Of a stretch of DNA of 4,658 nt, positions 1-4,658 are shown one piece after another. This DNA comes from a virus (lineage: Duplodnaviria > Heunggongvirae > Uroviricota > Caudoviricetes), in IMG/VR virus record IMGVR_UViG_2576861205_000004; one strand, given 5' to 3'. Made by a program: the position numbers and the translations under genes. The notes under the pieces are model-generated. The model searched no databases and had not been told where the DNA came from. It worked only from the letters and a program-made list of their open reading frames with translations. Numbering within the stretch: position 1 is the first letter of the stretch; the number at the start of each line of letters is the position of its first letter.

Positions 1-92
1 TCCGGTGTCACGGTGGTGTTCCGGGCAGGTGAGCAGGAGCAGACTCCGCCGGAGGGATTTGAATCCTCCGGCTCCGAGACGGTGCTGGGTAC
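1..92 (+). repeat. Direct repeat copy A: J-derived segment at the 5' end of the L ORF (partner 2267-2358)
   Basis: A hand alignment of nt 1-92 against 2267-2358 gives 89/92 identical positions (mismatches at window positions 2, 6 and 27). Similarity breaks down at ~93-100, where L-type sequence (GTGGTGCTCTGGGAAATCGATCTG) begins. Copy A is in the same reading frame as the L ORF. Confidence 0.8.
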
Positions 93-735
93 GGACGTGG
101 TGCTCTGGGAAATCGATCTGACAGAGGTCGGTGGAGAACGTTATTTTTTCTGTAATGAGCAGAACGAAAAAGGTGAGCCGGTCACCTGGCAGGGGCGACA
201 GTATCAGCCGTATCCCATTCAGGGGAGTAGTTTTGAACTGAATGGCAAAGGCACCAGTACGCGCCCCACGCTGACGGTTTCTAACCTGTACGGTATGGTC
301 ACCGGGATGGTGGAAGATCTGCAGAGTCTGGTCGGCGGAACGGTGGTCAGGCGTAAGGTTTACGCCCGTTTTCTGGATGCGGTGAACTTCGTCAACGGAA
401 ACAGCGACGCCGATCCGGAGCAGGAGGTGATCAGCCGCTGGCGCATCGAGCAGTGCAGCGAACTGAGTGCGGTCAGTGCCTCCTTTGTACTGTCCACACC
501 GACGGAAACGGATGGTGCCGTTTTTCCGGGGCGCATCATGCTGGCTAATACCTGCACCTGGACCTATCGCGGTGATGAGTGCGGTTATCACGGTCCGGCG
601 GTCGCGGATGAATATGATCAGCCGACTTCCGATATCACGAAGGATAAATGCAGCAAATGCCTGAGCGGCTGTAAGTTTCGCAATAACGTCGGCAACTTTG
701 GCGGCTTCCTTTCCATTAACAAACTTTCGCAGTAA
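1..735 (+). CDS. L: Minor tail protein L (tail-tip Fe-S protein), 5'-partial at the window edge; the first ~31 codons are J-derived, so this is an in-frame J'-'L chimera
   Basis: The 13..735 ORF translation from VVLWEIDLTEVGGERYFFCNEQNEKGEPVTWQGRQYQPYPIQG to the C-terminal CSKCLSGCKFRNNVGNFGGFLSINKLSQ matches lambda gpL as I recall it. The frame is open from nt 1 with no in-frame stop, and the GTG at 13 has no Shine-Dalgarno, so the CDS probably continues upstream. Residues encoded by nt 1-93 ([31 protein letters not shown]) are J sequence, not L. Stop TAA at 733-735. Confidence 0.85.
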   Translation, partial: SGVTVVFRAGEQEQTPPEGFESSGSETVLGTDVVLWEIDLTEVGGERYFFCNEQNEKGEPVTWQGRQYQPYPIQGSSFELNGKGTSTRPTLTVSNLYGMVTGMVEDLQSLVGGTVVRRKVYARFLDAVNFVNGNSDADPEQEVISRWRIEQCSELSAVSASFVLSTPTETDGAVFPGRIMLANTCTWTYRGDECGYHGPAVADEYDQPTSDITKDKCSKCLSGCKFRNNVGNFGGFLSINKLSQ

Positions 736-740
736 ATCCC

Positions 741-1484
741 ATGACAGAGACAGAATCAGCGATTCTGGCGCATGCCCGGCGATGTGCGCCAGCGGAGTCG
801 TGCGGCTTCGTGGTGAGAGCGCCGGAGGGGGAAAGATATTTTCCCTGCGTGAATATCTCCGGTGAGCCGGAGGCGTATTTCCGGATGGCTCCGGAGGACT
901 GGCTGCAGGCAGAGATGCAGGGTGAGATTGTGGCGCTGGTCCACAGTCATCCCGGTGGTCTGCCCTGGCTGAGTGAGGCCGACCGGCGGCTGCAGGTGCA
1001 GAGCGATTTGCCGTGGTGGCTGGTCTGCCGGGGGGCGATTCACAAGTTCCGCTGTGTGCCGCATCTCACCGGGCGGCGCTTTGAGTACGGGGTGACAGAC
1101 TGTTACACACTGTTCCGGGATGCTTACCATCTGGCGGGGATTGAGATGCCGGATTTTCATCGCGGGGATGACTGGTGGCGTCACGGTCAGAATCTCTATC
1201 TTGACAATATGGAGGCTACTGGTTTTTACCGTGTCGCACTGACAGAGGCGCAGCCGGGCGATGTGCTGCTGTGCTGTTTTGGTTCATCGGTGCCGAATCA
1301 CGCCGCCATTTACTGCGGCGACGGTGAGCTGCTGCACCATATTCCTGAACAACTGAGTAAACGAGAGAGGTATACCGACAAATGGCAGCGACGCACACAC
1401 TCCCTCTGGCGTCACCGGGAATGGCACGCATCTGCCTTTACGGGGATTTGCAACGATTTGGCCGCCGCATCGACCTTCGTGTGA
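741..1484 (+). CDS. K: Tail tip assembly protein K, with an N-terminal JAB/MPN (JAMM) metallopeptidase-like domain and a C-terminal NlpC/P60 (C40) peptidase-like domain
   Basis: 247-aa ORF. JAMM-type motif HSHPGGLPWLSEAD (HxH-x7-S-x2-D) at aa 68-81 (nt 942-983), with an upstream E-x-CG element (AESCGF, aa 18-23). NlpC/P60-like Cys in GVTDCYTLF (C121) and His in PNHAAIY (H187) plus HH (199-200). ATG at 741 lies 5 nt after the L stop, with no clear SD, suggesting translational coupling. An internal ATG at 885 preceded by GGAGG (869-873) corresponds to the shorter start used in the classical lambda K annotation. Confidence 0.88.
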   Translation: MTETESAILAHARRCAPAESCGFVVRAPEGERYFPCVNISGEPEAYFRMAPEDWLQAEMQGEIVALVHSHPGGLPWLSEADRRLQVQSDLPWWLVCRGAIHKFRCVPHLTGRRFEYGVTDCYTLFRDAYHLAGIEMPDFHRGDDWWRHGQNLYLDNMEATGFYRVALTEAQPGDVLLCCFGSSVPNHAAIYCGDGELLHHIPEQLSKRERYTDKWQRRTHSLWRHREWHASAFTGICNDLAAASTFV

Positions 1485-2023
1485 AAACGGGGGCTGAAGC
1501 CATCCGGGCACTGGCCACACAGCTCCCGGCGTTTCGTCAGAAACTGAGCGATGGCTGGTATCAGGTACGGATTGCCGGGCGGGATGCAGGAGAAACCGAA
1601 TTATCATCCCGTCTTAATGAGCCGCTGGCAAATGGTGCCGTGATCCACATCGTGCCGCGTCTTGCGGGAGCAAAAAGTGGCGGTGTGTTTCAGGCGGTGC
1701 TGGGTGCGGCGTTGATTGCTACGGCAATCTGGATGCCGGGGATCAGTATCGCTTTCAGTGACATTCTCTTTTCAATGGGTGCGGCGATGACGCTTGGTGG
1801 TGTGGCGCAGATGCTGGCACCGAAAGCCAGAACTCCCCGTACACAGACAACGGATAACGGCAAACAGAACACCTATTTCTCCTCACTGGATAACATGGTT
1901 GCCCAGGGCAATGTTCTGCCGGTTCTGTACGGTGAAATGCGCGTGGGGTCACGCGTGGTTTCTCAGGAGATCAGCACGGCAGACGAAGGGGATGGTGGTC
2001 AGGTTGTGGTGATTGGTCGCTGA
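1382..2023 (+). CDS. I: Tail assembly protein I
   Basis: 213-aa ORF. The N-terminus MAATHTLPLASPGMARICLYGDLQRFGRRIDLRVKTGAEAIRALATQLPAFRQKL and C-terminus MLAPKARTPRTQTTDNGKQNTYFSSLDNMVAQGNVLPVLYGEMRVGSRVVSQEISTADEGDGGQVVVIGR match lambda gpI as I recall it. The start lies inside the 3' end of K in a different frame, as in lambda. A purine-rich stretch GAGAGAGG (1363-1370) sits 11 nt upstream of the ATG. Stop TGA at 2021-2023. Confidence 0.88.
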   Translation: MAATHTLPLASPGMARICLYGDLQRFGRRIDLRVKTGAEAIRALATQLPAFRQKLSDGWYQVRIAGRDAGETELSSRLNEPLANGAVIHIVPRLAGAKSGGVFQAVLGAALIATAIWMPGISIAFSDILFSMGAAMTLGGVAQMLAPKARTPRTQTTDNGKQNTYFSSLDNMVAQGNVLPVLYGEMRVGSRVVSQEISTADEGDGGQVVVIGR

Positions 2024-2041
2024 TGCAAAATGTTTTATGTG

Positions 2042-2070
2042 AAACCGCCTCCGGGCGGTTTTATCGTTTA
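2042..2070 (+). terminator. Candidate stem-loop in the I-J intergenic spacer: possible intrinsic terminator/attenuator or mRNA processing or stability element
   Basis: AAACCGCC (2042-2049) and GGCGGTTT (2054-2061) are exact reverse complements around a 4-nt loop TCCG, followed by a T-rich tail TTTTATCGTTTA. The tail is interrupted, and this sits inside a late operon where read-through is expected, so function is uncertain. Confidence 0.3.
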
Positions 2071-2083
2071 TGGAGCATGAGGA

Positions 2084-4658
2084 ATGGGTAAAGGCAGCAG
2101 TAAGGGGCATACCCCGCGCGAAGCGAAGGACAACCTGAAATCATCCCAGATGCTGAGCGTGATAGACGCCATCAGCGAAGGGCCGGTTGAAGGTCCGGTG
2201 GATGGATTAAAAAGCGTGCTGCTGAACAGTACGCCGGTGCTGGACAGTGAGGGGAATACCAATATATTCGGCGTCACGGTGGTGTTCCGGGCCGGTGAGC
2301 AGGAGCAGACTCCGCCGGAGGGATTTGAATCCTCCGGCTCCGAGACGGTGCTGGGTACAGAAGTGAAATATGACACGCCGATCACCCGGACCATCACGTC
2401 GGCAAACATTGACCGTCTGCGTTTTACTTTCGGCGTGCAGGCACTGGTGGAAACCACCTCAAAGGGGGACAGGAATCCATCGGAAGTCCGCCTGCTGGTT
2501 CAGATTCAACGTAACGGTGGCTGGGTGACGGAAAAAGACATCACCATTAAGGGCAAAACCACGTCGCAGTATCTGGCCTCGGTGGTGGTGGATAACCTGC
2601 CGCCGCGCCCGTTTAATATCCGGATGCGCAGGATGACGCCGGACAGCACCACAGACCAGTTGCAGAACAAAACGCTCTGGTCGTCATACACCGAAATCAT
2701 CGATGTGAAACAGTGCTACCCGAACACGGCACTGGTCGGCGTGCAGGTGGACTCGGAACAGTTCGGCAGCCAGCAGGTGAGCCGTAATTATCATCTTCGC
2801 GGGCGCATTCTGCAGGTGCCGTCGAACTATAACCCGCAGACGCGGCAATACAGCGGTATCTGGGACGGAACGTTTAAGCCAGCATACAGCAACAACATGG
2901 CCTGGTGTCTGTGGGATATGCTGACCCATCCGCGCTACGGCATGGGGAAGCGTCTCGGTGCGGCGGATGTGGACAAATGGGCGCTGTATGTCATCGGCCA
3001 GAATTGCGACCAGTCGGTGCCGGATGGCTTTGGTGGCACGGAGCCGCGCATCACCTGTAATGCCTACCTGACCACACAGCGCAAGGCGTGGGATGTTCTC
3101 AGTGATTTCTGCTCGGCGATGCGCTGTATGCCGGTATGGAACGGGCAGACGCTGACGTTCGTGCAGGACCGACCGTCGGATAAGGTGTGGACCTATAACC
3201 GCAGTAATGTGGTGATGCCGGATGATGGTGCGCCGTTCCGCTACAGCTTCAGCGCCCTGAAAGACCGCCATAATGCTGTTGAGGTGAACTGGATTGACCC
3301 GGATAACGGCTGGGAGACGGCGACAGAGCTTGTGGAGGACACGCAGGCCATTGCCCGTTACGGTCGTAACGTCACGAAGATGGATGCCTTTGGCTGTACC
3401 AGCCGGGGGCAGGCACACCGCGCCGGGCTGTGGCTGATTAAAACGGAGCTGCTGGAAACGCAGACCGTGGACTTCAGCGTGGGTGCAGAAGGGCTTCGCC
3501 ATGTACCGGGCGATGTCATTGAAATCTGTGATGATGACTATGCGGGGATCAGCATCGGCGGGCGCGTGCTGGCGGTGAACAACCAGACGCGGACACTGAC
3601 GCTCGACCGTGAAATCACGCTGCCATCCTCCGGCACCACGCTGATAAGCCTGGCTGACGGACAGGGGAATCCGGTCAGCGTGGAGGTCCAGTCCGTCACC
3701 GACGGCGTGAAGGTAAAAGTGAGCCGTGTTCCTGACGGCGTTGCAGAATACAGCGTGTGGGGGCTGAAGTTGCCAACGTTGCGCCAGCGCCTGTTCCGCT
3801 GTGTGAGTATCCGTGAGAACGATGACGGCACGTATGCCATCACTGCCGTGCAGCATGTACCGGAAAAAGAGGCCATCGTGGATAACGGGGCGCACTTTGA
3901 CGGCGACCAGAGCGGCACGGTGAATGGTGTCACGCCGCCAGCGGTGCAGCACCTGACTGCCGAAGTCACCGCAGACAGCGGGGAATATCAGGTGCTGGCG
4001 CGCTGGGACACGCCGAAGGTGGTGAAGGGGGTGAGCTTTATGCTTCGCCTGACCGTGGCAGCGGATGACGGCAGTGAGCGGCTGGTCAGCACGGCCCGGA
4101 CGACGGAAACCACATACCGCTTCAGGCAACTGGCGCTGGGGAACTACAGGCTGACAGTCCGGGCGGTAAATGCGTGGGGGCAGCAGGGCGATCCGGCATC
4201 GGTATCGTTCCGGATTGCCGCACCGGCAGCGCCGTCGCAGATTGAGCTGACACCGGGGTATTTTCAGATAACCGCCACGCCGCATCTTGCGGTTTATGAT
4301 CCGACGGTACAGTTTGAGTTCTGGTTCTCGGAAAAGCGGATTGCGGATATCAGGCAGGTTGAAACCACAGCACGCTATCTTGGCACGGCGCTGTACTGGA
4401 TAGCCGCCAGTATCAATATCAAACCGGGCCATGATTATTATTTTTACATCCGCAGTGTGAACACCGTTGGCAAATCGGCATTTGTGGAGGCTGTTGGCCA
4501 GCCGAGTGATGATGCATCCGGCTATCTGAATTTTTTCAAAGGAGAGATAGGGAAAACCCATCTGGCTCAGGAGTTGTGGACGCAGATTGATAACGGTCAG
4601 CTTGCGCCTGACCTGGCTGAAATCAGGACGTCCATTACGGGTGTCAGCAATGAAATCA
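2084..4658 (+). CDS. J: Host specificity / central tail fibre protein J (tail tip), 3'-partial; runs off the window end
   Basis: ATG at 2084 preceded by GGAG (2072-2075, 8-nt spacing). The translation [34 protein letters not shown]...[58 protein letters not shown]...[27 protein letters not shown]... matches the N-terminal ~3/4 of lambda gpJ. The frame stays open to nt 4658 (~858 codons) with no stop. The ORF track omits it only because it has no in-window stop. Confidence 0.92.
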   Translation, partial: MGKGSSKGHTPREAKDNLKSSQMLSVIDAISEGPVEGPVDGLKSVLLNSTPVLDSEGNTNIFGVTVVFRAGEQEQTPPEGFESSGSETVLGTEVKYDTPITRTITSANIDRLRFTFGVQALVETTSKGDRNPSEVRLLVQIQRNGGWVTEKDITIKGKTTSQYLASVVVDNLPPRPFNIRMRRMTPDSTTDQLQNKTLWSSYTEIIDVKQCYPNTALVGVQVDSEQFGSQQVSRNYHLRGRILQVPSNYNPQTRQYSGIWDGTFKPAYSNNMAWCLWDMLTHPRYGMGKRLGAADVDKWALYVIGQNCDQSVPDGFGGTEPRITCNAYLTTQRKAWDVLSDFCSAMRCMPVWNGQTLTFVQDRPSDKVWTYNRSNVVMPDDGAPFRYSFSALKDRHNAVEVNWIDPDNGWETATELVEDTQAIARYGRNVTKMDAFGCTSRGQAHRAGLWLIKTELLETQTVDFSVGAEGLRHVPGDVIEICDDDYAGISIGGRVLAVNNQTRTLTLDREITLPSSGTTLISLADGQGNPVSVEVQSVTDGVKVKVSRVPDGVAEYSVWGLKLPTLRQRLFRCVSIRENDDGTYAITAVQHVPEKEAIVDNGAHFDGDQSGTVNGVTPPAVQHLTAEVTADSGEYQVLARWDTPKVVKGVSFMLRLTVAADDGSERLVSTARTTETTYRFRQLALGNYRLTVRAVNAWGQQGDPASVSFRIAAPAAPSQIELTPGYFQITATPHLAVYDPTVQFEFWFSEKRIADIRQVETTARYLGTALYWIAASINIKPGHDYYFYIRSVNTVGKSAFVEAVGQPSDDASGYLNFFKGEIGKTHLAQELWTQIDNGQLAPDLAEIRTSITGVSNEI
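2267..2358 (+). repeat. Direct repeat copy B: native position inside J (codons ~62-92), partner of 1-92
   Basis: Same alignment as above. This copy is embedded in the intact J reading frame (…[43 protein letters not shown]…). Confidence 0.8.

Noticed and set aside
13-15. GTG at 13 as the true start codon of L
   Set aside because: The frame is open from nt 1, no Shine-Dalgarno precedes position 13, and the flanking codons are continuous J-derived sequence. The ORF most likely begins upstream of the window, or the gene is a 5'-truncated fusion.
1382-1484. Programmed ribosomal frameshift at the K/I overlap
   Set aside because: I has its own ATG and an upstream purine-rich element, I did not see a slippery heptamer in the overlap, and the known frameshift site in lambda-like tail operons is at the G/T genes, not K/I.
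360-2700. Small overlapping ORFs in the track (360..557 -, 467..664 +, 756..1184 -, 1216..1431 -, 1284..1607 -, 1690..1872 -, 1755..1952 -, 1794..2012 +, 2068..2457 -, 2506..2700 -) and the 3538..3969 - ORF that lies beyond this span
   Set aside because: All are nested within or antisense to L, K, I or J, which have strong homology-based support. None has a convincing SD or start, and their translations look like frame artefacts.
2684-4561. 625-aa ORF on the minus strand
   Set aside because: It lies entirely antisense to the well-supported J coding sequence. Its translation is low-complexity and Arg/His/Pro-rich, typical of a stop-poor antisense frame in GC-rich, codon-biased DNA, and it has no recognisable domain or start context.
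1-4658. CRISPR array, tRNA, IS element or defence or toxin cassette
   Set aside because: There are no repeat-spacer periodicities, no tRNA-like structures and no inverted terminal repeats. Coding density is fully accounted for by four contiguous, same-strand tail genes.
1-4658. Chi site (GCTGGTGG) or its complement
   Set aside because: A manual scan found only near-matches (for example ACTGGTGG near 1163 and 2446). This was not exhaustive, so no claim is made.

Overview
This window is a lambda-like (lambdoid siphovirus) tail-tip morphogenesis module, all on the + strand in the canonical order L - K - I - J, most likely from an enterobacterial prophage. The translated ORFs are recognisable from memory as close relatives of phage lambda gpL, gpK, gpI and the N-terminal ~858 residues of gpJ; no identity figures were computed. 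Gene packing is phage-typical: a 5-nt L/K spacer, a 103-nt out-of-frame K/I overlap, and a 60-nt I-J spacer holding a perfect 8-bp hairpin. I see no CRISPR array, tRNA, insertion sequence or defence-type cassette, so I do not think this window holds a novel system. The one unusual feature is that the first ~92 nt of the window are a near-exact direct repeat of an internal J segment (2267-2358), joined in frame to the L body. L's native 5' end is therefore replaced by a J fragment, which points to a rearrangement or partial duplication junction in the tail cluster, or to an assembly artefact. The long minus-strand ORFs are antisense artefacts of the GC-rich J coding strand.
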